From Lachnospiraceae bacterium (GTDB lineage Bacteria; Bacillota; Clostridia; Lachnospirales; Lachnospiraceae): DNA of 64,000 bases. Below, in pieces: positions 17,658 to 27,618 of this stretch (its first letter is position 1; each line of letters starts with the position of its first letter). The notes beneath the pieces were generated by a model. That model was given only the letters and a program-made list of their open reading frames with translations. It searched no databases and had not been told where the DNA came from. Made by a program: the position numbers and the translations under genes. The DNA lies in NCBI GenBank assembly GCA_047974745.1, contig JBKECO010000031.1:33478-97477 (forward strand), in the 5' to 3' direction.

Positions 17658-18293
17658 CTAAACCAGAATCTCCTTGATCAATGGTATAAGATCTTTGACG
17701 GATTCTGCTCTTGGAACGAGCTCGTTTATCGTTCCAAACCCATAGGCGGCATGAATAAATGGCACACCAGCTTTTACGGCAGAATCATAATCTCCCTGTA
17801 TATCCCCTATATAAACTGCTTTGCTGATCCGATTTCGCTCAATAATCCTCTTTATATTCTCTGCTTTTGGCAGATTTGCATTACCATAACATTCAAAATC
17901 CGTAAAATAATGTTCAAAGCCATAGTGTCTTAACATACCTTCTATATAACCGCTCTGACAGTTACTTACAATAAAAAGCTTATAAGATACCTGTAATTCT
18001 TTGAGCATGGACTCCAACCCAGGATAAAGATTTCCTCCATGCTGCTCTAGATACTCATTTTCTCTGGCACAGCAAATATCCAGTAGTTTTACCGCTTCCT
18101 CTCTGGATAACGTGGGAAACAGGCCAACTGCAATAATATCCATTGACAGTCCGAACAGCCCTCTGATATCCTCTGGCAATATCCGTCCCAAAGCAGGATT
18201 TAACTCCTGCACGACCTCATCCCATGCTTTTGCGACATTTGCTACAGAATCCCATAGAGTTCCATCTAAATCAAAAATCACTCCTTGTTTCAT
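17658..18293 (-). CDS. HAD-superfamily hydrolase (phosphoglycolate phosphatase-like)
   Basis: The ATG at 18293 has a GGAG RBS. It carries the DLDGTLWDS motif I, VSN motif II and the GD..GD motif. Confidence 0.75.
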   Translation of the reverse strand: MKQGVIFDLDGTLWDSVANVAKAWDEVVQELNPALGRILPEDIRGLFGLSMDIIAVGLFPTLSREEAVKLLDICCARENEYLEQHGGNLYPGLESMLKELQVSYKLFIVSNCQSGYIEGMLRHYGFEHYFTDFECYGNANLPKAENIKRIIERNRISKAVYIGDIQGDYDSAVKAGVPFIHAAYGFGTINELVPRAESVKDLIPLIKEILV

Positions 18294-18348
18294 TTCTGCT
18301 CCGATCCAGTTCGTATATTTATATGCTTTTTCCATCGTATGATTTATA

Positions 18349-19617
18349 CTATTCGATTGCTTTTCCAATATCAGTTCTCATATATTTATTCGCAAAATCG
18401 ACCCACGCAGTCGCTTTATATGCATTTTCCCTGGCAGATCTAAGGTCTTTTCCCTTTGCAGTCACACCAAGGACACGACCGCCATTCGTTACGATCCTGT
18501 GTTCCTGATCAAACGCCGTTCCTGCATGAAAGCAATGATATCCCTCTTCGTGATCAAATTTATCAAGTCCGGATATTTCAAATCCCTTTTGATAGGATAC
18601 TGGATAACCATCGGAAGCAAGCACGACACAAACTGCTGCATTTTGCTCAAATTCTAAATCAACAGTATCAAGACTTCCATCTGTACATGCTATCATCACA
18701 TCAAGCAGATCCGTTTTCATTCGTGGCAGTACGACCTGCGCCTCTGGATCTCCAAATCTTGCGTTATATTCTAACACCTTTGGACCATCCTCTGTCAGCA
18801 TCAGTCCAAAGAAAATGATTCCGATAAATGGTCTTCCTTCGGAAGCCATTGCATCCACGGTCTGTTGGTAGATATATGTTCTACAAAATTCATCCACCTC
18901 TGGTGTATAGAACGGACTTGGTGAAAAAGTTCCCATTCCTCCTGTATTTAAGCCCTGGTCTCCATCCTGTGCACGTTTATGATCCTGAGCCGAGGACATG
19001 ATTCGGATCGTGTGGCCATCTACAAAGGAAAGCACTGAGACTTCACGCCCTGTCATAAATTCCTCCACGACCATGGTGCTACCTGCCTCACCGAATTTTC
19101 TCTCTTCCATGATTTCTTTTACGCCTGCCTCTGCCTCTTTAAAAGTATTACAAATCAATACCCCTTTACCCAAGGCAAGTCCATCTGCTTTCAAGACAAT
19201 AGGCATCCTGGCTGTTCTTAAATAGTCGATCGCTATGGCTGGATCATGAAAGGTCTCATAGCCGGCAGTTGGAATATTATATTTTTTCATCAGATCTTTG
19301 GAAAATGACTTGGAGCCTTCCAGAATCGCCGCATTTTTTCGCGGTCCAAATACTTTGAGACCTCGCTCTTCGAAAAAATCCACAATGCCGCCGACAAGTG
19401 GATCGTCCATTCCTATGATTGTAAAATCTATTTTTTCCTTCTCGGCAAAGTCAGCCAATGCCTCAAAATCCATAGCCGAAATAGATACACAGGAAGCCAG
19501 TGATGCGATTCCGGCATTCCCCGGTGCACAAAAGATTTTTTCAACATTTGGATTTTTCGAGATATTCTGCGCAATTGCATGCTCTCTGCCGCCGCTTCCA
19601 ACAATTAAGACTTTCAT
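18349..19617 (-). CDS. purD: Phosphoribosylamine--glycine ligase
   Basis: 422 aa starting [14 protein letters not shown]. It has an ATP-grasp core and overlaps the purN stop. Confidence 0.93.
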   Translation of the reverse strand: MKVLIVGSGGREHAIAQNISKNPNVEKIFCAPGNAGIASLASCVSISAMDFEALADFAEKEKIDFTIIGMDDPLVGGIVDFFEERGLKVFGPRKNAAILEGSKSFSKDLMKKYNIPTAGYETFHDPAIAIDYLRTARMPIVLKADGLALGKGVLICNTFKEAEAGVKEIMEERKFGEAGSTMVVEEFMTGREVSVLSFVDGHTIRIMSSAQDHKRAQDGDQGLNTGGMGTFSPSPFYTPEVDEFCRTYIYQQTVDAMASEGRPFIGIIFFGLMLTEDGPKVLEYNARFGDPEAQVVLPRMKTDLLDVMIACTDGSLDTVDLEFEQNAAVCVVLASDGYPVSYQKGFEISGLDKFDHEEGYHCFHAGTAFDQEHRIVTNGGRVLGVTAKGKDLRSARENAYKATAWVDFANKYMRTDIGKAIE

Positions 19618-20252
19618 AATGAATTCTCCTGACTGATTTGTACTTTTCCATCCGTTATTACAATTCTTCCATTTGCAATCAGATCAACAGCCTTCGGTAG
19701 CAGTTGCCACTCCGCTTCCAACATCACCCTCTTCTGTAGGGATTCTGCTGAATCTGTGAACAACACTTCGACCGCTTTCTGTAAAATGATTGGTCCGGTG
19801 TCTGTTCCTTCGTCCACAAAATGAACTGTAGCCCCACTGATTTTGACACCTCTTTCTAAGGCGGCTTCATGGACTCTCAGGCCATAATAGCCCTTGCCGC
19901 AAAAAGCAGGGATCAGTGATGGATGTATATTGATCATGCGAAAATGATACATCTTTATCATTTCAGGTGGAATCACAACGAGAAATCCTGCAAGTACGAC
20001 CAGATCAGGTGCAAATCCATTCAATTTGTCCAAAAAATCTCTATTAAAGGCCTCTCTGTCCAAATAGTCCTTCGGTGATATACAAAGTGCCGGGATCTCA
20101 TTCTTTTTTGCCCGCTCCAGCGCATATGCATTAGGATTATTACTTATCACTGCTACGATTTCAGCATTGGTGGTGCTCTTATTGTTTATTGCATCAATCA
20201 GAGCTTGTAGATTCGTGCCTCCTCCGGACACAAGGACAGCGATTCTTAACAT
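19614..20252 (-). CDS. purN: Phosphoribosylglycinamide formyltransferase
   Basis: 212 aa with [23 protein letters not shown] and [13 protein letters not shown]. Confidence 0.92.
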   Translation of the reverse strand: MLRIAVLVSGGGTNLQALIDAINNKSTTNAEIVAVISNNPNAYALERAKKNEIPALCISPKDYLDREAFNRDFLDKLNGFAPDLVVLAGFLVVIPPEMIKMYHFRMINIHPSLIPAFCGKGYYGLRVHEAALERGVKISGATVHFVDEGTDTGPIILQKAVEVLFTDSAESLQKRVMLEAEWQLLPKAVDLIANGRIVITDGKVQISQENSL

Positions 20253-21271
20253 AGAACCACACCCTTCTCTCCATTCGTTATTTTGCCTACCACATAAGCG
20301 CTTTCTCCTGCTGACTCAATGGCAGCCACTGCCTCCTCCACATGTTCTGGATCTACTGCTAAAATCATTCCAAGTCCCATGTTATAAGTATTGTACATCA
20401 TGACATCCTCGATATTTCCTTCCTTTTGAATCAGTTGGAAAATTGGAGGTATAGGATAGCTTCCTTTATCTACATGAGCTGTTTTTCCTTCCGGAAGCAT
20501 TCTCGGTATGTTTTCATAGAATCCTCCACCTGTGATATGACTGCACGCTTTTATACGAATTCCAGACTCTTTAAGTTTCCGAAGAGCAGTGACATAAATT
20601 TTTGTAGGAGCAATCAAGGCTTCACCAAGGGTCATGCCGAGATCCTCATGGAAGGTGTTCAATGCTTCCACTGTCATGGGAAATACTTTTCTGACTAGTG
20701 AGAAGCCGTTAGAATGCACTCCGGATGAGGCCATGCCAATCAAAATATCTCCATCCTTTAATTCCTTGCCAGTAATGATGTCCTTCTCGTCAACAACACC
20801 AACCGCAAATCCTGCAAGATCATATTCCTCCTCAGGATAAAATCCCGGCATCTCAGCGGTTTCCCCACCAATTAATGCTGCATTCGACTGTCTGCATCCC
20901 TCTGCAACGCCGCTGACGATCGTAGCAATTTTCTCAGGATAATTTTTCCCACAGGCAATATAGTCAAGAAAGAACAGTGGTTCTCCGCCAGCGCAGGCGA
21001 TATCATTCACACACATTGCAACACAGTCGATCCCAATCGTATCATGTTTGTCCATAAGAAAGGCCAGCTTCAGTTTCGTTCCGACTCCATCTGTCCCAGA
21101 TACAAGTGTAGGCTTTTCCATGCTTTTAAAAGCTTCCATAGAAAAAGCTCCTGAAAATCCACCCAGGTTCGTGAGAACCTCTGGCCTCATCGTCGCCTGT
21201 ACATGCTTTTTCATTAACTCTACCGACTTATAACCGGCTTCTATATCCACTCCTGCATTTTTGTAATCCAT
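20246..21271 (-). CDS. purM: Phosphoribosylformylglycinamidine cyclo-ligase (AIR synthetase)
   Basis: The ATG at 21271 follows AGGAGG. The sequence begins [13 protein letters not shown] and contains DGVGTKLK. Confidence 0.92.
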   Translation of the reverse strand: MDYKNAGVDIEAGYKSVELMKKHVQATMRPEVLTNLGGFSGAFSMEAFKSMEKPTLVSGTDGVGTKLKLAFLMDKHDTIGIDCVAMCVNDIACAGGEPLFFLDYIACGKNYPEKIATIVSGVAEGCRQSNAALIGGETAEMPGFYPEEEYDLAGFAVGVVDEKDIITGKELKDGDILIGMASSGVHSNGFSLVRKVFPMTVEALNTFHEDLGMTLGEALIAPTKIYVTALRKLKESGIRIKACSHITGGGFYENIPRMLPEGKTAHVDKGSYPIPPIFQLIQKEGNIEDVMMYNTYNMGLGMILAVDPEHVEEAVAAIESAGESAYVVGKITNGEKGVVLC

Positions 21272-21417
21272 CTGATCTTCCTCCTGCCTGTTCGACAATA
21301 GTTCTGCAATATTTTCTCTCTCTAGTTTAAATAATATTTCAGTGGAATTCAAATTATTAAAATTTATACACTTATTATTATCACTTATGTTATATGCTTA
21401 ATATATAAGTATTGCAT

Positions 21418-23514
21418 CTATTCTAAAGGACCATTCAGCTCTTCGGTTCCGGGTACTGCAAATTTACCCTCTTCTATAATAGGTATCATGTCCCCTGCTG
21501 ATGTGATTGCATGGATAGAAGAAAGCTCATCATAGGGAATCGTAATGTCTGTGTGACAATTAAAATATGCATCCTTACTATCGACGTTCCTCTTGGCAGA
21601 AATCTCATTTTCTCTTGCTACGATTTCTTTTCCGTCTGGATTAAAGACCTTTATTTCTTCTGCATGAGAATAACAAGTATCTCCTACAGCAAAGTGTGGG
21701 CCCATTTTTTCAGCAATCAGGATCGGTAGTTTGTCTGCGATCTGATAAGTCTTTGCCATTTTATAAGCTGTTGTATTTGTACCAATAGCAAATTCACCGA
21801 TCGGCAGTGATTCATGACGATTCAGCAAATTCTCGAAAATGAATTGTTTGTTTTCCTTCTCGGATGCAAAATTGGAACAGTTATACTCAACGATGATTCC
21901 ATCCGCAAAAAGAAGTTCCAAATCCAAATACTTTAACCCATTTAAAAATACTTGCGTCACGTGAAGTGTTCCATTTGTTCCCTTTAAAACAGGTGATGTA
22001 AAAACTTCACCCACTGGAATATTCACATCCGCAACACAGTTCTCGAACTTGGTCTCTTTCTCCGCATCCGTCAAAGGATAAAGCGAAATAGTCAGATCCG
22101 TTCTGTTCTTTCCTGCACCTTTTACCACAACAGAATCTGCTGCGTCTAGAACATCGATCAGCTTCTGTTGGATAGTGCGGTATATCATGTAATCAAGGGT
22201 ATTGATCTTGACTGTCTCTCGAAAGATCTCTTCAAAATTGTTACCAATAACCGGAATAGGATAGGCGATGATCGTGAAGCTACGCTCTTCATCCGGTATG
22301 TACATATTCGTTAGTTCCGCTGCCCGGCTTTGATAGCTTACATTTAGTTCATTCTGTTCCTTTGAGTAGGCAGGTGCTTCTTTTTTATTGCTCGGTGCAA
22401 AAGGTGCTTCCCCAAAAATCTCTATGACAGCAGGACCTGCATGACCCCTCGACTCTATTCTATAAAGCTCAAAGGCAGATTTCAGAGTCTCTAATCTTCG
22501 CTCTACAAATGCTTTGTCCAGATAGAAGAATTTGTCGTTTCGATGATCGAACTCGAACTGATGGTTCACCGGCTTTGTATAGTAGCCATAGCTTCTCCGA
22601 CCAGTTACAAAGAAAGAAGATGTATTATTTCTCGAAATGGTTGTTTTTAAACCTTTTGCCTCAATATTTCTAACCGCAGCTGCTGCTACCCGTTCAAAAC
22701 CTACCGGATAGATCAATGCGATCGTGGATTTTTTCGACAAGTCCTTGCCAAGTGCCTGATAACCTGTATAAAATCCTTCCGTCATAGTATCAGCCATGGA
22801 CTGTATTTCTTCCTCAGAAAATTGATTCAAAAAAGTGGCGGTATTCATTTCACTGGTCGTTATATACTCCCCATATCGATACAGATACCGTAAGTCATTC
22901 AGATCGGCTTCTTTCAAAATCGATGTATAAAAATCATATTCCGGATCCACCATCTCACCAATTTTTTCTTCCGAAAAAATTTCACTGTAATCATGAAAGA
23001 ACCAGCGGATGATATCTTGGATCTCATCATAGGAGGTTCCCGTCTCGGATTCAAAACAATTATAAATTTCAACGAACAGTTCGGTATAAATCGTGATATC
23101 CCGTTTTCGGCCTTCAAATGCAAATCCGATCAAAGAACGAAGCTCTGTATATAAAAAACATAGTATCGAACCAAATTCCTCGCCGAGAAGTCTGACTGCT
23201 ACTTCTGGATTAGCATAGCTTCTATCATAGTTACCTGGAAGTATTTCGTAGTAGAAATTCCAATTTGTCTCTTCACATTCTTCTATCGACCGATCATACA
23301 TTGCTCCCGTTTCGACCTGCCTAACTACCTGATCGATCTGTTTTAAAAAATCCGCTGTCTTGCGAAAGTAATCCCAGAATTGATCAGGAACTGCATGCTC
23401 CGTCCTGATCAAAAGTACACGATCCATGATTAGTTCATAGCGTTCGCGTACATCTTCATTTGCTTCATGTATTCTTTCTTTATATCCCATTCTCTGCTCC
23501 CTGTCCTTCATCAT
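21418..23514 (-). CDS. Long M29-like (AmpS/PepS-type) aminopeptidase-family protein
   Basis: 698 aa. The C-terminal half has M29-like motifs (NIPVGEVFTSP, EFAIGTN, GPHFAVGDTCY). The N-terminal ~350 aa have no family I can recognise. Confidence 0.55.
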   Translation of the reverse strand: MMKDREQRMGYKERIHEANEDVRERYELIMDRVLLIRTEHAVPDQFWDYFRKTADFLKQIDQVVRQVETGAMYDRSIEECEETNWNFYYEILPGNYDRSYANPEVAVRLLGEEFGSILCFLYTELRSLIGFAFEGRKRDITIYTELFVEIYNCFESETGTSYDEIQDIIRWFFHDYSEIFSEEKIGEMVDPEYDFYTSILKEADLNDLRYLYRYGEYITTSEMNTATFLNQFSEEEIQSMADTMTEGFYTGYQALGKDLSKKSTIALIYPVGFERVAAAAVRNIEAKGLKTTISRNNTSSFFVTGRRSYGYYTKPVNHQFEFDHRNDKFFYLDKAFVERRLETLKSAFELYRIESRGHAGPAVIEIFGEAPFAPSNKKEAPAYSKEQNELNVSYQSRAAELTNMYIPDEERSFTIIAYPIPVIGNNFEEIFRETVKINTLDYMIYRTIQQKLIDVLDAADSVVVKGAGKNRTDLTISLYPLTDAEKETKFENCVADVNIPVGEVFTSPVLKGTNGTLHVTQVFLNGLKYLDLELLFADGIIVEYNCSNFASEKENKQFIFENLLNRHESLPIGEFAIGTNTTAYKMAKTYQIADKLPILIAEKMGPHFAVGDTCYSHAEEIKVFNPDGKEIVARENEISAKRNVDSKDAYFNCHTDITIPYDELSSIHAITSAGDMIPIIEEGKFAVPGTEELNGPLE

Positions 23515-24106
23515 CGATCAGATTTTCCTTTTCCAGATTCGAATAGATCATCTCCTCGATTACCTGCCATAGTATTTGCGAGCCTTCCGCAGTTCTGCTG
23601 TTTCTTTTCATGATCTGGCTCTTTGTGACCTGATGTTCACGCCAGGATAATCCACCCTGAGCGTTCGTCAGCAGAACCGGTTGGATTTTATCCAGTGTAT
23701 TGGCAAATTTAGCCTCTGGTGTCTCCATCGCTTCAAATTCTTCCCAGATGCTGAGATATTCATCTCTTTGTCCCTCCGGAAGCAATCCATATAAGCGATC
23801 TGCTGCTATTTGCTCGCGCTGTATTTTTGTTTCATTTCCACTTGTGTCGTAGGCATAGGTGTCACCCGCATCTATTTCGATAATATCGTGCAACAGAACC
23901 ATTTTAACAGTTCTTAGGATATCTATTTTTTCGTTCGCATAGTCTGCAAGAAGGACTGCCATTACTGCTAGATGCCATCCATGCTCAGCATCGTTTTCTT
24001 TTCGTACGCCGCTTGCCAGATATGTCTGCCGCATGATTTCCTTTTGCTTATCCAGTTCCAATATGAAATTCAGGGTATCCTGCAGATTATTATCCATACG
24101 TTGCAT
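23480..24106 (-). CDS. HD-domain phosphohydrolase (YfbR-like 5'-nucleotidase family)
   Basis: 208 aa with ENDAEHGWHLAVMA and LLHDIIEIDAGD. Its 3' end overlaps the next gene by 35 nt. Confidence 0.75.
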   Translation of the reverse strand: MQRMDNNLQDTLNFILELDKQKEIMRQTYLASGVRKENDAEHGWHLAVMAVLLADYANEKIDILRTVKMVLLHDIIEIDAGDTYAYDTSGNETKIQREQIAADRLYGLLPEGQRDEYLSIWEEFEAMETPEAKFANTLDKIQPVLLTNAQGGLSWREHQVTKSQIMKRNSRTAEGSQILWQVIEEMIYSNLEKENLIDDEGQGAENGI

Positions 24107-24127
24107 CCTTTCCTTCTGACCCTCATA

Positions 24128-24457
24128 TCAGCTCAAGATCAGGTAGATTCCGTTGAAATAGAAAATCGTCCAGATCAAAGTCATTGCGATAGACAAAAAT
24201 ACAGAAAGTCTGGGAAACAACCGATATGTTTCCTCTTCCCGAAAACTCATGATTCCAATGATGATTGCTCCGACGGCGAGAATAAATGCCAGTATACCGG
24301 CACTTCCCAAATAAACACTTCCTTCTCCACCCTTTTGATAGGATGCCAATACGACTAAAAAAAGGGTCAGCATAGATCCTGCTGAAATACAGCAGGATAT
24401 GATTCCCTTTTTAGAGTGTTTTTTTCTTGTGAATTTATAGTTGCTTTTTCTCCTCAT
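24128..24457 (-). CDS. Small membrane protein (DUF6142-like)
   Basis: 109 aa with a basic N-terminus and three predicted TM helices. Confidence 0.5.
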   Translation of the reverse strand: MRRKSNYKFTRKKHSKKGIISCCISAGSMLTLFLVVLASYQKGGEGSVYLGSAGILAFILAVGAIIIGIMSFREEETYRLFPRLSVFLSIAMTLIWTIFYFNGIYLILS

Positions 24458-24914
24458 GATACTTGTTCCAGACCCTTCTTAATAGCAGATACAACAGGAA
24501 CCCAATGGCTCCGCCTATCGTATTTAAAATCATGTCATCCACATCAAAGCTGCCAACCCTAGCGACCAGCTGCACTAATTCAATCGACAGGCTAAGGACA
24601 AAGGACAAGAGGATCACACAGATCCATTTTCTGCATTTTTTTAACAGCATCGGCAAGAACATTCCGAAGGGAATGAGAACTATGACATTGCCAATCAGAT
24701 TTAGACAAACGACCCTCATCGATAAAATATCTCTATACGTCCAAAAGCGTAGTATTTCCTTAAAGGGTATAAAGTTGTAATGATAGTCTTCCGTAAGGTG
24801 AGTCCTCCCCCAGCTGTCTGCAAAAAAGAGAAAATAAGCCAAAAGTATCAGATATAATGTAAATAGAATTATGATTCCCGTTCTGATTATTTTTTTCTTT
24901 TTTCTATATTCCAA
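24435..24914 (-). CDS. VanZ-family membrane protein
   Basis: 159 aa. TM pattern fits, with NFIPF, NVIVLIPFG, SLSIELVQL and DVDDMILNTIGG. Confidence 0.8.
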   Translation of the reverse strand: MEYRKKKKIIRTGIIILFTLYLILLAYFLFFADSWGRTHLTEDYHYNFIPFKEILRFWTYRDILSMRVVCLNLIGNVIVLIPFGMFLPMLLKKCRKWICVILLSFVLSLSIELVQLVARVGSFDVDDMILNTIGGAIGFLLYLLLRRVWNKYHEEKKQL

Positions 24915-24934
24915 TTTTTGGACCCTCGTTCAGA

Positions 24935-25609
24935 TTATTGCACACCGTACTGCATATAATAGCTGTCGATCGCATCCTTTAATGGTTCATCAATAATAAC
25001 ATTCCCTTTATACGGGCGATTGTAAAGATGCTCGACCACGTCCTTCATAGTAACAATTGCAGTCGTTGTAAGACCATAAGTCTCCTTGATTTCCTCCAGT
25101 GCACTTTTTGTTCCCTGCCCGCGCTCCATTCGGTCTACGGATACCACCAGACCACGTACATCCGTGTCGCCCTGAGCTTTTAAGATCGGGAGTGTTTCAC
25201 CGATCGAGGTGCCGGCTGTTGTGACATCCTCAATGATAATTATACGATCTCCATCCTTGATCGGGCTGCCCAGAAGGATTCCGGTATCCCCATGATCTTT
25301 TACTTCCTTCCTGTTCGAGCAATAGCGGATATCTGCACCATACTGCTCGCTCAGTGCAATAGAAGTGGTAACAGTCAGCGGAATACCCTTATAGGCCGGT
25401 CCAAAAAGGACATCAAATTCCAGATCAAATGTATCATGAATCGCTTTTGCATAGTACTCGCCCAGTTTTTTCAACTGTGCTCCCGTTCTGTAAAATCCCG
25501 TATTGACAAAAAAAGGTGTCTTTCTTCCACTTTTTGTTACAAAGTCCCCAAATTTAAGGACATTACAATCTATCATAAATTCAATAAATTCCTGTTTGTA
25601 TTGTTCCAT
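24935..25609 (-). CDS. pyrE: Orotate phosphoribosyltransferase
   Basis: 224 aa with the PRPP-binding loop IIIIEDVTTAGTS. Confidence 0.9.
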   Translation of the reverse strand: MEQYKQEFIEFMIDCNVLKFGDFVTKSGRKTPFFVNTGFYRTGAQLKKLGEYYAKAIHDTFDLEFDVLFGPAYKGIPLTVTTSIALSEQYGADIRYCSNRKEVKDHGDTGILLGSPIKDGDRIIIIEDVTTAGTSIGETLPILKAQGDTDVRGLVVSVDRMERGQGTKSALEEIKETYGLTTTAIVTMKDVVEHLYNRPYKGNVIIDEPLKDAIDSYYMQYGVQ

Positions 25610-26220
25610 ACTATCCTAAAACCTCCTGTTTGAATGTCTTTCGCTTAATTGCCGATCTATCCAAAATCTCTTCGACTTGACTAAAAAAAATCTCTGCCTC
25701 ACTTACCGTCAATACTCTTCGTTCTTTCTCTTCTATCTTAGAAATCACAGTATCGATCTGCCTTGCAGAATTTTTGATAAGTAAATCAGAGTCAATCGCT
25801 TTTCCAGCATGATAACAAGAATTCTATAAATTCCTGCGTTCATTGTCTGTTTCTAATTCGTTACTGACATGTAGCATGATAATCAGATTAAGTGATGTGA
25901 GTTTTCTCCGACCCAGATCCTGTTGAACACGTCTGTAATAGGAAGGACTCCAAATATCTCCACTATTCTATCATAAAGCTCAAGCAGTTTCAATCCGTTT
26001 CAAAAGGACATTTTACCAACAATATTACCATTTAGAACTGTCACTACACCTAAATCGCCTTGTTTACTGCCAAAGTCGTCAATATAAATGCTGCAGTACC
26101 CAAATCGGTTGGCAATGTTTTTTGATGTACTATGGTAATAGTTTCTCCTATAATCAAAAATGCCCTCAAAGCTTGTAAAATCAAGCATTCAAGGGCATCG
26201 TCATGGATATTCAAGAATGA

Positions 26221-26652
26221 TTATGCAGGATATTCTGTATCACTCACCTTTTCGCACCATTCAGTGGAAGTATTCTCACCAGGTACTTCCACAGCAATAT
26301 GGCTGAACCAGGAGTCTTTTTTGGCACCATGCCAGTGCTTTACATTCGCAGGGATCGTAATTACCATACCAGGAATGAGGCTCACTGCATCTTTCCCTTC
26401 CTCCTGATACCAACCTTCTCCAGCCGTACAGATCAAAATTTGTCCGCCTCCGGATGCAGCGTGGTGAATATGCCAATTATTTTTACAGCCTGGTTCAAAG
26501 GTGATGTTGGCAAGAAAGACAGGACATGTTCCACGCTCTGTCAGAGGATTTAAAAAAGAAGCTCCACTGAAATACTCGGCGTATCCATCATTAGGTAATC
26601 CGGTTCCGAACATATTTGCTTTTTCAAATTCTTCTCTATTCTGCATTTTCAT
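26221..26652 (-). CDS. Cupin-domain protein
   Basis: 143 aa with the cupin metal motif (NNWHIHH...GGGQ, HWHGA). It overlaps the merR stop by 17 nt. Confidence 0.75.
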   Translation of the reverse strand: MKMQNREEFEKANMFGTGLPNDGYAEYFSGASFLNPLTERGTCPVFLANITFEPGCKNNWHIHHAASGGGQILICTAGEGWYQEEGKDAVSLIPGMVITIPANVKHWHGAKKDSWFSHIAVEVPGENTSTEWCEKVSDTEYPA

Positions 26653-27046
26653 TTTCCGTGTAACCCTCCTTTGTTTTCAAATTCTCTTCAAATTTGGCCA
26701 GTTGATTCTCGTACCCATCTATTTTTCCATCTAGATAATCCAGAGTCTCCTGAAGATTCAAAATCCTATCGTAAATCTGTGCTCGCTGCTCCAATAACAG
26801 ATTTTTTCTTGCTTCGATGGTATCTTCCTCTCTTTGAAACAGATCTACATATTCAATCAGTAATTCGATCGATAATCCTGCATTTCGCATGCATTTGATA
26901 AAATATACCCATCTGCAGTCTGCCTCTGTATAATCCCGGTTGCCACTTGCACCTCTGTTTACAGGCGGCAGCAATCCTATTCTTTCATAGTATCGAAGCG
27001 TATCAGCAGTCAGTCCGTACTTTTTACTTACTTCAGCAATTGTCAT
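26636..27046 (-). CDS. MerR-family transcriptional regulator (NmlR/AdhR-like)
   Basis: The second ATG (27046) has workable spacing from GGAG. The HTH is MTIAEVSKKYGLTADTLRYYERIGLL, followed by a coiled-coil C-terminus and a single Cys in IKCMRNAG. Confidence 0.8.
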   Translation of the reverse strand: MTIAEVSKKYGLTADTLRYYERIGLLPPVNRGASGNRDYTEADCRWVYFIKCMRNAGLSIELLIEYVDLFQREEDTIEARKNLLLEQRAQIYDRILNLQETLDYLDGKIDGYENQLAKFEENLKTKEGYTENENAE

Positions 27047-27082
27047 ACCTTTCATCTCCTGTACACTACAGTGCTTAGCTTA

Positions 27083-27574
27083 TTATGAAATATCCACTGC
27101 TCTTACCCATTCCAAAAGCTCTTTTTCGGATGTTCGGGTGTTAAATACCTTACCTTCTATAAAATGTGTGGATACAGGACAGCTTGTTTTCAGTTCCTTG
27201 AGTGTATTTCCAAATTTACTCCCACCAGAGGTCGCAAATACCACGATCGTCTTGCCCTCCAGATTAACTCTTTCAAGAAATGTATTCACGATCGTCGGTG
27301 CTACATACCACCAGATCGGGAACCCGAGATAAATAACATCATACTCCTCTGCATTCTTCAAACTGCTTCCCATAACAGGACGAAATTCTTTGTTTTTCAT
27401 TTCTATTGTGCTTCTTGATTTATTATTCATCCAATCCAGATCGGCATTTGTATAGATTTCCTCAGGTTCTATTTCAAAAAGGTCCGCATTTGCTGCTTTG
27501 GCAAGTACTGATGCGACTGATTTTGTGACACCACTTGCTGAAAAGTATGCTACAAGTTTTTTACCATTCATCAT
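27083..27574 (-). CDS. Flavodoxin-family protein
   Basis: 163 aa with the FMN-binding start KLVAYFSASGVTK and the motif GFPIWW. Confidence 0.8.
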   Translation of the reverse strand: MMNGKKLVAYFSASGVTKSVASVLAKAANADLFEIEPEEIYTNADLDWMNNKSRSTIEMKNKEFRPVMGSSLKNAEEYDVIYLGFPIWWYVAPTIVNTFLERVNLEGKTIVVFATSGGSKFGNTLKELKTSCPVSTHFIEGKVFNTRTSEKELLEWVRAVDIS

Positions 27575-27618
27575 TTTTCACCTCTTTTTTTCTAAATACC
27601 TTTCCATGTACTTCAAAC

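Noticed and set aside
21272-21417. Possible purine riboswitch or PurR box upstream of purM
   Set aside because: No three-way junction core of the guanine/adenine riboswitch type is visible. The region looks like a plain AT-rich promoter.
26000-26188. 62-aa minus-strand ORF (MLDFTSFEGIFDYRRNYYHSTSKNIANRFGY...)
   Set aside because: It has no RBS or recognisable domain. It lies in the same debris-like stretch as the TAG-interrupted frame and is treated as possible gene remnant rather than a gene.
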